The position numbers and the translations under genes are program-made. Shown in pieces: positions 30,782 through 43,620 of a DNA stretch of 64,000 bases. Numbering within the stretch: position 1 is the first letter of the stretch; the number at the start of each line of letters is the position of its first letter. The stretch is taken from NCBI RefSeq assembly GCF_009914755.1, contig NC_060926.1; one strand, 5' to 3'. Below the pieces are notes generated by a model. The model was not told the DNA's origin, searched no databases, and saw nothing but the letters and a program-made list of their open reading frames with translations. The stretch comes from the human T2T-CHM13v2.0 reference genome, Homo sapiens.

Positions 30782-33049
30782 TGATATGGTTTGGCTGTGT
30801 CCCCACCCAAATCTCAACTTGAATTGTAGTTCCTAGAATTCCCACATGTTGCGGGAGGGCCCCAGGTGGGGGAAATTCAATCATAGGAGCCAGTCTTTCC
30901 CATGCTATTCTTGTGATAGTGAATAAGTCTCATGAGATCCGATGGGTTTATCAGGGGTTTCCGCTTTTGCTTCTTCCTCATTCTCTCTTGCCACCACCAT
31001 GCAAGAAGTGTCTTTTGCCCTCCACCATGATTCTGAGGCCTCCCCAGCCATGTGGAACTGTAAGTCCAATTAAACCTCTTTTTTCTTCCCAGTCTCCAGT
31101 ATGTCTTGATCAGCAGCATGAACATGGATTAATACAGTAAATTGGTACCAGGAGTGGGGTGCTTGCTGTAGATGCCCAAAAATGTGGAAGCGACTTTGGA
31201 TCTGGGAAACAGGCAGAAGTTGGAACATTTTGGAAGGCTCAGAAGATGACAGGAAAATGTGGGAAAGTTTGGAACTTCCTAGAGACTTGTTGAATGCCTT
31301 TGTTGAAAATGCTGATAGCAATATGGACAAAAAGGTCCAGGCTGAATTGGTCTCAGATGGAGATAAAGAACTTGTTGGGAACTGGAGGAAAGGTGACTCT
31401 TGTTATGTTTTGGCAAAGAGACTGGAGGCATTTTGCCCCTGCCTTAGGGATTTGTGAAACTTTGAACTTGAGAGAGATGATTTAGGGTATCTGGTAGAAG
31501 AAATTTCTAAGCAGCAAAGCATTCAAGAGGTGACTTGGGTACTGTTAAAGGCATTAAGTTTTATAAGGGAAGCAGAGCATAAAAGGTCGGAACATGGGCA
31601 GCCTGACAATGTGATAGAAAAGAAAAACCCATTTTCTGTGGAGAAATTCAAGCCAGCTGCAGAAATTTGCATAAGTAGCAAAGGGCATAATGTTAATCCC
31701 CAAGACCATGGAGAAAATGTCTCCAGGCCATGTCTGGGAACTTCATGGTGGCCTCTCCCATCACAGATCTGGAGGCCCAGGAAGAAAAAGTGGTTTCATG
31801 GGTTTAACCCATGGCCCCTATGCTTTGTGCAGCCTAGGGACTTGATGCCCTCTGTCCCAGCTGCTCCAGCCATGGCTGAAAGGGCCCAACATACAGCTTG
31901 GGCTGTGGCTTCAGAGGGTGGAAGCCCCAAGCTTGGCAGCTTCTACGTAGTGTTGACCCCTTGGGTACACAGAAGTCAAGATTTGAGTTTTGGCAACCTC
32001 TGCCTAGATTTCAGAAGATGTATGGAAGCACCTGGATGCTCAGGCAAAAGTTTGCTGCAGAGGCAGCGCCCTCATGGAGAACCTCTGCTAGGGCGGTGTG
32101 GAAGGGAAATATGAGGTTGGAGCCCCCATACAGAGTCCCTACTGAGGCACTGCTTAGTAGAGCTGTGAGAAGAGGGACACTGTCCTGCAGACCCCAGAAT
32201 GTTAGATCCACTGACAGCTTGCACTGTGTGCCTGGAAAAGCTGCAGTCATTCAATAGCAGCCCATGAAAGCAGCCAGGAGGGAGGCTGTACCCTGCAAAA
32301 GCACAGGGATAGAGCTCCCCAAGACCATGGGAATCCACCTCTTGCATCAGCATGGCCTGAAGGAGATCATTTTGGAGCTTTAAAATTTGACTGCCTCACT
32401 GGATTTCAGACTTGCATGGGCCCTGTAACCCCCTTTTCTTTTGGCCAATTTATCCCATTTGGAATGGCTGTATTTACCCAATACCTGTACCCCCATTGTA
32501 TCTAGGGAGTAACTAGCTTGCTTTGATTTTACAGGCTCATAGGCAGAAGGGACTTGCCTTCTCTCAGATAAAACTTTGGACTGAAGACTTTTGGGTTAAT
32601 GCTGAAATGAGTTAAGACTTCGGGGGAGTGTTGGGAAAGCATGATTGGTTTTGAAATGTGAGGACATGAGATTTGGAGGGGCCAGGGATGGAATGATATG
32701 GTTTGGCTGTGTCCCCACCCAAATCTCAACTTGAATTTTATCTCCCAGAATTCCTGCATGTTGTGGAAGGGCCCCAGGGGTAGGTAATTGAATCATGGGG
32801 GCTGGTCTTTCCAGTGATATTCTCATGATAGTGAATAAGTCTTATGAGACCTGATGGGTTTATCAGGGGTTTCCACTTTTGCTTCTTCTTCATTCTCTCT
32901 TGCTGCCACCATGTAAGAAGTGCCTTTCACCCTCCGCCATGATTCTGAGGCCTCCCTAGCCATGTGGAACAGTAAGTCCAGTTAAACCTCTTTTTTTCTT
33001 CCCAGTCTCAGGTATGTCTTTATCAGAAATGTGAAAACAGACTAATACA
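30782..33049 (+). mobile_element. complete THE1A-like MaLR: LTR 30782-31136, internal 31137-32693, LTR 32694-33049
   Basis: two TG...CA LTRs of about 355 bp starting tgatatggtttggctgtgtccccacccaaatctcaac; internal region starts gtaaattggtacca; purine tract before the 3' LTR; 5-bp TSD tgacc/agacc. Confidence 0.96.
32785..32795 (+). promoter_or_regulatory. DUX4-type motif TAATTGAATCA in the THE1A 3' LTR
   Basis: motif seen directly; DUX4 binding to THE1 LTRs is established; activity at this copy is unknown. Confidence 0.5.
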
Positions 33050-33480
33050 AGACCCCAATTCAATAATAGCTGGAGACTTCAGCACTCCACTTTCAGCATT
33101 GGACACATCTCCCAGACAGAAAACCAACAAAGAAACATCAGACTTAATCTGCACTATAGACCAAACGCAGCTTATAGATATTTACAGAAAATTTCATACA
33201 ATGGCTGCAGAGTACACATTCTTCTCCTCAACACATGGATCATTCTCAAGGATGGACCATGTGTTAGGCCACAGAACAAGTCTTAAAAGATTTAAATTAC
33301 AAGTTCACAGAACAAATATTCAACTCACATAAGGCCAGTCCTGTTTAGCAACTCTCTCTCATTCCTGGGTCACCAACCTGTCAGCTTGCTATTCTTGAAG
33401 AAATGGCACCAAGCCTATCTCTGTAGTTTTGCTGCATTTCATATTGAGTGGGTTTTTGGCTTGAGGTTTTTTCATGTGGG

Positions 33481-33483
<3 letters not shown>

Positions 33484-33523
<40 letters not shown>
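33484..33523. repeat. (GT)n microsatellite, about 20 units
   Basis: seen directly. Confidence 0.97.
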
Positions 33524-33527
<4 letters not shown>

Positions 33528-34241
33528 AAGATATTTCAACTTCTTAGCAGGAAATTTTTTGCTGCTGATTTAAATCTAATTGAAGTATTTTGGATGTACA
33601 CCCTGAGACCCTCAGGCTAGGGTATATTTTTAATAAATCAAACAGATAAAATCAAAGCTTTGTACTAAAATAAATAAATAAATAAAACAGGGACACAGGA
33701 AAACATTAAAAACATAATAAATAATCAGAATACAAGAGTCTATGTAAAGAATTATCTTAACTCTATGAAAATATAGGAAAATCAGTAGCAACTACAATAG
33801 GCTAAACCTGCAATTATACTAAAATATTAGGCATTTTAATATTGAAATGTTGAGATTATTGATAATTTCTTTTTAATAATAAATTTTTTATATTCTAGAT
33901 TTTCCTTCAGTGAGCTTTATCTTATGTCAGAAAAAAGGCAAGAAAAGTTAAATTCGAATAGTACTAAATGAAAGCTAAAGTTGCAGCATTAGGAAAAAAC
34001 AATTTGCTAAACTGTTTCAATTTTCGTATAGAAGTATTTTCAATAGTAATGTCTTTATTGAATAAATCTAAAATAATTGGTGTCAGCTACATAATCTTTG
34101 AATATTTTTCTTTTGAGTTATGTGCATTTTTGAATAAAAAATTTTAATTTACTGTTTTGTTATATGCATAGTTCAAAGTTGCTATTTTTAAAACAAATTT
34201 CTTGACTTGGGATTATATGTAAGTTACTTTCTAATTTATAT

Positions 34242-34263
34242 ATTACTTTTGCACCAACCTATT
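34242..34263. mobile_element. solo MADE1/Hsmar1 TIR fragment
   Basis: attacttttgcaccaacctatt is close to the reverse complement of ttaggttggtgcaaaagtaat. Confidence 0.7.
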
Positions 34264-35269
34264 AGTTTCTCCAATTGTAAATGAAGCTAAAAGAGGCCAT
34301 GAAAACCAATAAAGTACATTTGGTTTAAATTTAAATACAAAATTTTTAGTATATGCTTTATCTGTATTTCATCCTCTTTAATATACATAAATATTGTAAT
34401 ATATTAAATAACTATTACAATCCATGAAGTATGGAATCAAACATTATCCTACATATTGACATTAAACTCTTGACCCAGAAATTCTATCCAGAGAAAGCTT
34501 AGTTCTGGGATTTTTTTTTCCAGTAGTGATATAACATATAATAATTAGAAAATTCCCCATGTTGCTTTTCTTGTATCTTCTCTTATACAAATAGTAAACC
34601 TAAAATAATAAATATAAGTATTTATTATTTGATTTTTAAATAGAGAGTCCTATCCATATTTATACTAATGTCCTGAAATGTAATCTCAGTGACTTAAAGA
34701 TAACTGTTAGTGGCATGATCCTCATACATATAAATGTCTTAACTTTGACTACTCTGGCTGTGAAATTCAGAAGATTAAAGAAATGATTAGGGCTTGAGAT
34801 TGTGTTTACAGTTGTTTGTAGACACAGAATAAGTTCATGGGGGGCCACTTAATAAACTATTTTAGTCAAATCATTAAAAAACAAAAAAAATCTACTAATT
34901 TGTGTGATCAAATTTCTATTCATAACTGACAAGCAAAACAGCTGACCACACCAAACTGTTTTTCTACATTTTTTTCAGCATAAGAATGTTAATTCTTTGA
35001 ACCAATTCTATTTACTGCTTTCCCAAGAACGATTTGGTGTATTATTTGATTTGATCTTAACAAAAATCCAATTTAGAAGATATATACATACACATAGACA
35101 CCTTCACTCTGTAGAACAGGTACTTGTCATAAAATAAGGACAACTCTAAAGAACCACAATGAGTTTAACTGTAGCAAGAAACAACCTTACTCTTAAATTG
35201 TGAAAAAAAAAGTTTTTCTCAGTAATTCAATTTTTCTTCATTATAAAGCCTGCTAATTTTCCTTTATTA

Positions 35270-35350
35270 ATCTATTCATTTATTCAATTACTCACTCATT
35301 TATTCAACAGTATTTGTTACATGCCAGACACTCTGCTAGGCATTGCTGTG
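35270..35350 (-). mobile_element. L2 3' terminus
   Basis: (cattt/attc)-type tail followed by tgccagacactctgctaggcattg. Confidence 0.6.
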
Positions 35351-35689
35351 AACACACACATTAAAAAGATGGAGAACCTAAGAATGCAGAGTTAAGAGAA
35401 AACAAGATCAAGGAAACAATTTTGAGGCAGGTCAAGAGTAAGTTACAGAGAAAGGAACAATCATATCTGTCTAGAGGAAGTCATTCTTGTAGCTAAGTGG
35501 TTGAAGCAGAAGATAGAGCCGTATGAATGAGTACACACACACAAACACATACACAATCTCACACACACACACAATGTGGTATGGAGAGAATGTGGGAAAT
35601 AGGAGTTGAAGTGGTGAAAGTCAAGGCTGATAGACAAGAGTAGACTTTGGCAGGTCTTATACAATGTCACACTATTTGTGCCCTTTTCC

Positions 35690-36132
35690 TCTGTTGGTAA
35701 AAAAGGAAAAATATTTATAATATATTGGAATTTATAAGTTTGCACATATGCTGATTTTAAACTGTAACAAACATATTGAAAGGCAGTTTGGTAACGTATT
35801 CAAATTGAGAAGATTTATAACTTTTAACCAAATAATTTCACAATAATTTTACATATAGGTAAATATGAATTAGAAACTAATGAGCCAAAAAATCAATATA
35901 CATACATGCTAACTGCAGCACTTTTTGTAATAGTCATGTCAGAAACAATTATCTATCAGTAAGTGAATGAAAAATACAAAATACGGTTTGTTCTATAATA
36001 TGGATTGCTATGTATTGCAACAAAATAAACTGAAAGGAGATTATCATGATTCTTTCAATAATATTAGAAGCATTTTGTAATGTTCAACAGCCATTTAATT
36101 TCAAAAGTTTAGCAAAATAGACAGGAATATTT
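35690..36132 (+). mobile_element. ancient L1ME-like fragments (left part of the host of the L1PA15/16)
   Basis: aggcagtttggtaac, actgcagcactttttgtaatag, gaagcattttgtaatgttcaacagcc. Confidence 0.5.
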
Positions 36133-39100
36133 GAGGGAGCCAAGATGGCCAACTAGATACAGCCAGGAAGAGCTTCCCCCACCATGAGACCAGACCATCA
36201 AGAAGACCAGCACATTTCAAACACATCTTCAGAAAGAAGGCATTGAGTGTAAACAGAAGGAGAATGCACACCCCAGGCTAAAAGGGAAGGAAACTAGGAA
36301 CTCTGAAACTAGGAACTCTGCCTGGGATTGCTGAGCACAAGGACTCATTCCTTACCCCAAGTAGATCCTGGGGAAGGGGTGAGTGAAATAGGCAGGAAGT
36401 GGCCCACTCTCACCACAAATCTTAGGAACACCAGCTGCAGGAGACCCCACAATGCCCAGGGACATTTGAGCTGGCAGGAAAAACTGCCCAGAGTGTTGGC
36501 AGAGACAGAAATCCAGCCTGCAAAGAGTCCAGGTGGTTTGGCCAGGGAATGGTTGCAATGGAACACAGCCATGGGAACACATCCCAAAGGCTTACCATGC
36601 TTCTCTAGGGGTTTTTAGCCTTTGTTGGTCAGGGCACGGCTATCTTGCCAGTGGAACAAGGCCAGGCTGATCTTAGCACCCCTCTACCAGGGTCCCTGTC
36701 TGGCTATGGCCACCAGCAAGTGCTACCACCATAGCTCTTTCACCTGCAGACCCTAGGTAAATAGCCAGATAGCTTTTGCAGGGTGGGCCCCCACCAGCAC
36801 CTACCTGCCCACAACCATTCTCCACTAACGTGCACCAACCTGCAGCCTCCCCCTGCCAAATTGTGAGGGGCATGCACAGACTCCATTGCCACCACGCTGT
36901 CCATGCCCACACATGCATGGGACAGCCCGTTGCCCTGCTGCCGCCCTGACAAAGTGCATTTGCCAGCATCCTCCATCACAGTGTTGTTGCCAGCAGATCA
37001 GGAACTCTCAGCCCCTCCACTGCAGTAAGAGTTTAACCTCAAGGAACCAGAGAAAAAAACCCATAAACCTGGGCCCAGCCCTCCAGGGTTAGAGCATGCA
37101 GGCTAGGAGCGCTGAGCTAAGCCTTGGCCCCCTGAAATCATCCGGACAGTAACTTCAAACATTAAAGGAACATCAGCTCACATATATGAGAAAGAACCAG
37201 TTCAAGAACCCTGGAAATTGTAAAACCTAGAGTATCTTCTTACCTCCAAGTGGCCACACTAGCTCCCCAGCAATGGTTCTTAACCAGATTGAAATGGCTG
37301 AAATGACAGACATAGAATCCAGAATCTGGATGACAATGAAGCTCATCAAGATTCAGGAGAGAGTTGAAACCCAATCCATGAAACCTAAGGAATCTAATAA
37401 AATGATACAAGAGCTGAAAGACAAAATAGCCATTTTAAGAAGTGAACTGACCTTCTAGAGTTGAAAAAGCAATTACAAGAATTTCATAATACAATCAGAA
37501 GTATTAACAGCATAGAATAGACCAGGCTGAAGAAAGAACCTCAGAGCTTAAAGACCAGTCCTTTAATTCTACTCAGTCAGACAAAAATAAAGAAAAAATA
37601 ACTTTTAAAAAATGAACACAATTTCCAAGAAATGAGGAATGATGTAAAGAGACCAAACCTATGATTCTTTGGAATCTCAGAAAGACAGAGACAGAGAGAG
37701 AGAGAGAGGGCACGTGTGCAACTTGGAAAACATATTTAAGAATATTGCCCACAAAAATTTCCCCAACCACATTAGAGAGGGTGACATGCAAATTCAGGAA
37801 ATTCAAAGAAACATATGAGATACCATCACAAAGGCACATGGTCATCAGGTTCTCCAAAGTCAATACAAAAGAAACAATGTAAAAGGCAGCTAGAAGCTAG
37901 AGAGGGAAGGGGCATGTCACATATAAAGGGAACCCTATCAGGCTAACAGTGGAAATTTCAGCAGAAACTTTACAAGCCAGAAAAGATTGAGGGTCTATCT
38001 TCAGCATCTTTAAAGAAAAGAAATTCTAACTAAGAATTTCATATCCAGCCAAACTAAGTTTCATAAGCAAAGGAGAAATAAAATCCTTTACAGACAAACA
38101 GTGCTAAGGGAATTCATTACGACCAGACCTGCCTTACAACAGTTCCTTGAGGGTGCGCTAAACATGGAAACCAAAGATCATTACCTGTCACCACAAAAAC
38201 ACACTTAAGTACATACCTACTGACACTATTAAGCAACTTTATAATCAAGTCTACATAACAAGCAGCTAAAAAACATAATGACAGGATCAAATCCTCACAT
38301 ACTGACACTATCCTTGAACATAAATGGATTAAATGCCCAGCTTAAAAGGCACAGAGTGACAAGATGAATAAAGAAGCAAGACTCAACTGTATGTTGCCTT
38401 AAAAAGACCCATATCAAATGCAATGACACCTGTAGGCTCAAAGTAAAGGGATGGAGAAAGATCTATCAAGAAAATAGAAAATGAAACGAACGAACAAACA
38501 AAAAAATGAACAGGGGTTGCCATTCTTATCTCAGAGAAAACAGACTTTAAACCAACAATGGTCAAAAAGGACAAAGAAGGGCATTATATAATAATGAAGG
38601 GTTCAATTCAACAAGAAGACTTAACTGTCCTAAATATATGTGCACCCAACACCGGAGCACCCAGATTTGTAAAACAAGTTTGTAAAGACCTATGAAGAGA
38701 GTTAGATAAACATACAATAATAGTTGGATATTTGAAGACCCCCACTGACAGTGTTAGGCAGATTATTAAGGCAGAAAACTAACAAAGACATTCAGTACCT
38801 AAGCTTGACACTTGACCGAACAGACCTATCAGACATCTACAGAATATTCCATCCAACAACAACAGAATATACATTCTTCACTGACCACTTGCTTGGCCAT
38901 AAAGCAATTCTCAACAAATTCAAAACAACCAAAATCATATGACCCACATTCTCTGAACACAGTGCAATAAACATAGAAATCGATACCAAGAAAATTTCTC
39001 AAAATCATACAATTACATGGAAGTTAAACAACCTGCTTCTGAATGATGTCTAGGTAAAGTATGAAATGAAGGCAGAAATCAAGAAATCCCTTGAAACCTA

Positions 39101-42100
39101 TGAAAACAAAGGTATAATGTACCAGAATTTCTCGGATACAGCTAAAGCAGTGTCAAGAGGAAAGTTTATAGTGCTAAATGCCTACATCAAAAAGTTAAAA
39201 AGATCTCAAATTAAAAACCTGAAGTCACACATAGAAGAACTAGGAAAACAAGAGCAAACCATCTCAAAGGTAACAGGAGGAAAGAAATAACCAAAATCAG
39301 AGCTGAAGTGAATAAAATTGAGAACACAAAAAAAGATACACATTCATACAAAAGATCAATGAAACCAAAATTTGGTTCCTTGAAAGAGTAAATAAGATTG
39401 ATAGCCTAGTAGCTAGACTAATAAAGAAAAAACAGAGAAGATTCAAATAAACACATTCAGAAATGACAAAAGTGACATTACCAGCAACCCCACAGAACTA
39501 CAAAAAACCCTCACAGACAATTATGAACACTTCTAGCACATAAACAAGAAAACCTAGAAGAAATAGATAAAGTCTTGGAAACATACAACCTCCCAAGATT
39601 GAACTAGGAAGAAAGTGAATGCCTGAACAGACCAATAATGTGTTCTGAAACTGAATCGTTAATGAAAGAAACTTACCAAAAAAATCCCTGGATCAGATGG
39701 ATTCACAGCCAAATTCTACCAGATATATAAAGAAGAACTGGTACCAAGTTTACTGAAATTATTTCAAATAATCAAGGAAGGGTTCCTTTATTATGTTTAT
39801 ACTGTAAATATTCAGTATTATGATACTGAATATTATTCCAAATGTCATCATCATTGTAGAGTGAGGATAACAAAATTATCCTCACTCTCTGATGCTATCA
39901 TCATTCTGATATAAAAAACAGGAAGAGAGATAAGAAAAAATAGAAAATGTCAGGCCAGTATTCCTGATGAACATAGATGCAAAAATCCTCAACAAAGTAC
40001 TAGCAAATTAAATTCAGCAGCACATCGAAAAGCTGATCCACCACTATCAAGTAGTCTTCATCCCTGGGATGCCAGGCTGATTCAACATACAAAATCTATA
40101 AATGTGATTCATCACACAAACAGAATTAAAAGCAAAACCACATGATCATCTCAATAGGTACAGAAAAGGCTTTTGATAAAATTCAATATCACTTCATGTT
40201 AAGAACTCTCCACAAACTAGACATCAAAGTAACTTACCTCAGAATAATAAGAGCCATCTATACAAACCAACAGTCAACATCCTACTGAATGGGTAATAAA
40301 TGGAAGCATTCCCCTTGAGAAGTGGGGCAAAACAAGGATACCCACCCTCACCGCTCCTATTAAACATAGCATTGGCAGTCCTCACTAGAGCAATCAGGCA
40401 AGAGAAATAGATAAAAGGCATCCAAATAGGAAGAGAGGCAGTCAAACTGTCTCTCATCACAGATGATATGATTCTATGTCCAGAAAAATCCAATAGTCTC
40501 AGCCCAAAGGCTCTTAGAACTGATAAACTTCAGTAAACTTTCAGGATACAAAATCAATGTACAAAAATTAGTAGCATTTCTGTGCACCACTAATCTCCAA
40601 GCTGAGAGCTATATCAAGAATGCAATTCTATTTACAATAACCACAAAAAGAATAGAATATAGCTAACCAGGGAGGTGAAAGATCTATACAATGACCACTG
40701 CTCAAAGAAATCAGAGATTACACAAACAAATGGAAAAATATTCCATGCTCATTGACTGGAAGAATCAATATCATCAAAATAGCCATACAGCCCAAAGTGA
40801 TGTACAGATTCGATGCTATTCCTATCAAACCACCAATGTCATTTTTCACAGAATTAGAAAAGCCTCTTACAAAATTCATATGGAATCAAAAAGAACTCAA
40901 ATGCCTAAAGAAATTCTAAGAAAAAAAAAAGCCAGAGGCATCACAATTCCTCATTTCAAACTATACTGAATGGCTACAGTAACAAAAACAGCATACTATT
41001 GGAAAAAAAAGAAAAAAACAGGTGGACCAATGGAACATGTTAGATAAGCTAGAAATATAGCTGCACACCTACAACCATGTGATCGTGGACAAAGTTGACA
41101 AAAGTAAGCAATGGGAAAAGGATTTCCTAATCAATAAATGGTGCTGGGATAGTTGGCTAGCCATATGCAAAAGATTGAAACTAGACCTCCTCCTTTCACC
41201 ATACAGAAAAATTAACTCAAGATGACTTAAAGACTTAAGCATAAAACCTAAAACTATAAAAAATCTTAGAAGAAACCCTAGAAAATACCATTCTGGATAT
41301 TGGCCTAAGCAAACATTTTATGACAAAGACTCCAAAAGCAATTGCAACAAAAACAAAAACTGACAAATGGGACTAATTAAACTAAAGAGTTCTGCACAGC
41401 AAAAGAAACTATCATGACCGAGTAAACAGACAACCTATTGAATGGGAGAAAATATTTGCAACCTATGCATCCAACAAAGGCCTAATATTCGGAATCTATA
41501 AGGAACTTAAAGCACAAACAAAAACAGTAAAAAATGGGCAAAGGACATGAACAATTTTTAAAAGAAAACATAGATGTGGCTAACAAGCATATGATAAACT
41601 GCTCAACACCATTAATCATTAGAGAAATGCAAATCAAAACCACAATGAGATACCATCCCACACCAGTAAGAATGGCTATAATTAAAAAGTCACAAAATAC
41701 ATGTCGGCAAGGAGAAAATGGAAGACTTATACACTGCTGGTAGGAAGGTAAATTAGTTCAACCACTATGGAAAGGTGGAAAGCAGTTTGGACATTTCTCA
41801 AAGAACTTTAAACAGAATTATCATTCAACCCAACAATCCCATTACAGAAATCCCGGCCGTTGCCCATTCAGTATGATGTTGACTGTGGGTTTGTCGTAGA
41901 TAGCTGTTATTATTTTGAAGTATGTTACTTTGATGCATAGTTTGTGGAGAGTTTTTAACATGAAGGGATGTTGGGTATATACCCAAAGGAATATGTCATC
42001 TCTGATTTCTTGGGCAGTGTTTGTTGTAGAGATATTTCACCTCCCTTGTTACCTGTATTCCTAGGTATTTTATTCTTTTGGTGGCTATTATGCATGGAAT

Positions 42101-42914
42101 TACATTCTTGATGTAGCTGTCAGCTTGGACATTATTGGTGTACAGAAATACTACTAATTTTTGTACATTGATTTTGTATCCTGAAAGTTTGCTGAAGTTG
42201 TTTATCAGTTCTAGGAGCTTTTGGGCAGACTATGGGATTTTCTAGTATTTCAACAGGCCCCAGTTCTCAAGGTATTGCCCATTCACTATGATGTTGACTG
42301 TGCATTTGTCATAGATGGCTGTTATTATTTTTAGGTATGTCACTTTGATGCCTAAGGTGTGGAGAATTTTTAATATGAAGGGATGTTGGATATATACCTA
42401 AAGGAATATACATTATTCTACTACAGAGACACATGTATGCATGCTCATCACAGCACTATTCACAATAGCAAAGACATGGAATCAACCTAGATGCCCATCA
42501 GTGGTGGACTGCATAAAGAAAATGTAGTACATATACACCATGGAATACTGTGCAGCCATAAAAAAGGAATGAAATAATGCCATTTACAGCAACTTGGATG
42601 CAACTTAAGGCCATTTTCCTAAATGACTTGACATGGGAACAGCAAACCAAATACTGCATGTTCCCATTTCAAAGCGGCAGCTGAACATGGAGTACACATG
42701 GACACAAAGAGGGAAACAGTAGACACTGGAGCCTAATTGAGAGTGGAAGGTGAAAGGAGGATGATGATCCAAAAACTACCTCTTAGTGCTGAGCTCACTA
42801 CCTGGGTGACAAAATCATTTGTACACCAAACACCAGCAACGTGGAATTTATTCATGTAACAAACCTGCCTATTTACCCCTCGAACATGAAATAAAAGTTG
42901 AAAGAAAAAAAAAA
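36133..42914 (+). mobile_element. essentially full-length, decayed L1PA15/16-like element
   Basis: 5' start gagggagccaagatggcc, GC-richer 5' UTR, ORF1 and ORF2 remnants, PA15/16-type 3' UTR, aataaa and A tail; weak TSD aggaatattt / aagaaattt. Confidence 0.9.
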
Positions 42915-43620
42915 GAAATTTCATAAATTTTAAAAACACTATTCTCCAACATTAAGGCAAATACTCTACTTAATGATAAATATTAAATGAAATTCGTCTA
43001 AGATTACAAACAAAATAAGGACACCCACTGCCTCAACTACTGTTAACATAGTATTAGAGTTTTAGGTCAATGGTCTTACGGGAAAAGGGAAGTAAATCGA
43101 AGTGTAAGATTTGGAAAGGAAATGAAAAAAATCTGATAATTTCAGAGAATCAACAAATAAAGTAATACAACTAATTTAAAAGTTCAAGAAAATTTTTACA
43201 TACAGTATCAACTTACAAAAATTAGTAACATTTCTTTATGATAGCTATAAACAATAACAAAATATGTGATTAAAAAGATGTTCACATTATGAAGAGAAAT
43301 CTGTAAAGCATCTGTTAGGCATAAGTAGCTTCACCGAGATAACATTACACAAGATTTCTGTGGGAAAAACTTTAAAATCCTAATAAAGGATGAAAAGATA
43401 ATCTGAAAAAATGGAGACATATTTTCAGCTCTGGAATGGCACAAATGTCAATTATCTGCCAACTAATTTATAAATTTAATGCAACCTAAATAAAATTTTC
43501 AGATACAATTTTGAGGGCCAATAAAATTATTCAGAAATATGGAGGATAAAAAGTTCCTAAGTAACGAAACTTTTTTTAAAAATATGAGATCTGTCCTATT
43601 AGACAATAATATTTAGTACA
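42915..43620 (+). mobile_element. ancient L1M ORF2 fragment (right part of the host)
   Basis: ctacttaatgata...ctaagatt...aaggacacccactg...aacatagtattagag continues the RT-region sequence that ends at 36132. Confidence 0.6.

Larger units (their letters stand above)
24290..33296 (+). mobile_element. old L1M1/L1MA-type host (5' UTR, ORF1, ORF2 EN) in three pieces: 24290-25120, 29426-30781, 33055-33296
   Basis: sequence reads through colinearly across both inserts (tagaaagtttgttcaa|...cagaactttccaaa; gagattgacc|ccaattcaataatagctggagacttc); its 3' part is absent. Confidence 0.85.

Noticed and set aside
31182-32353. overlapping ORFs up to 194 aa
   Set aside because: Fragments of the decayed THE1 internal region; no intact gag or pol.
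36328-37092. GC-richer cluster of short ORFs, possible CpG island or promoter
   Set aside because: It is the CpG-depleted 5' UTR of the L1PA15/16.
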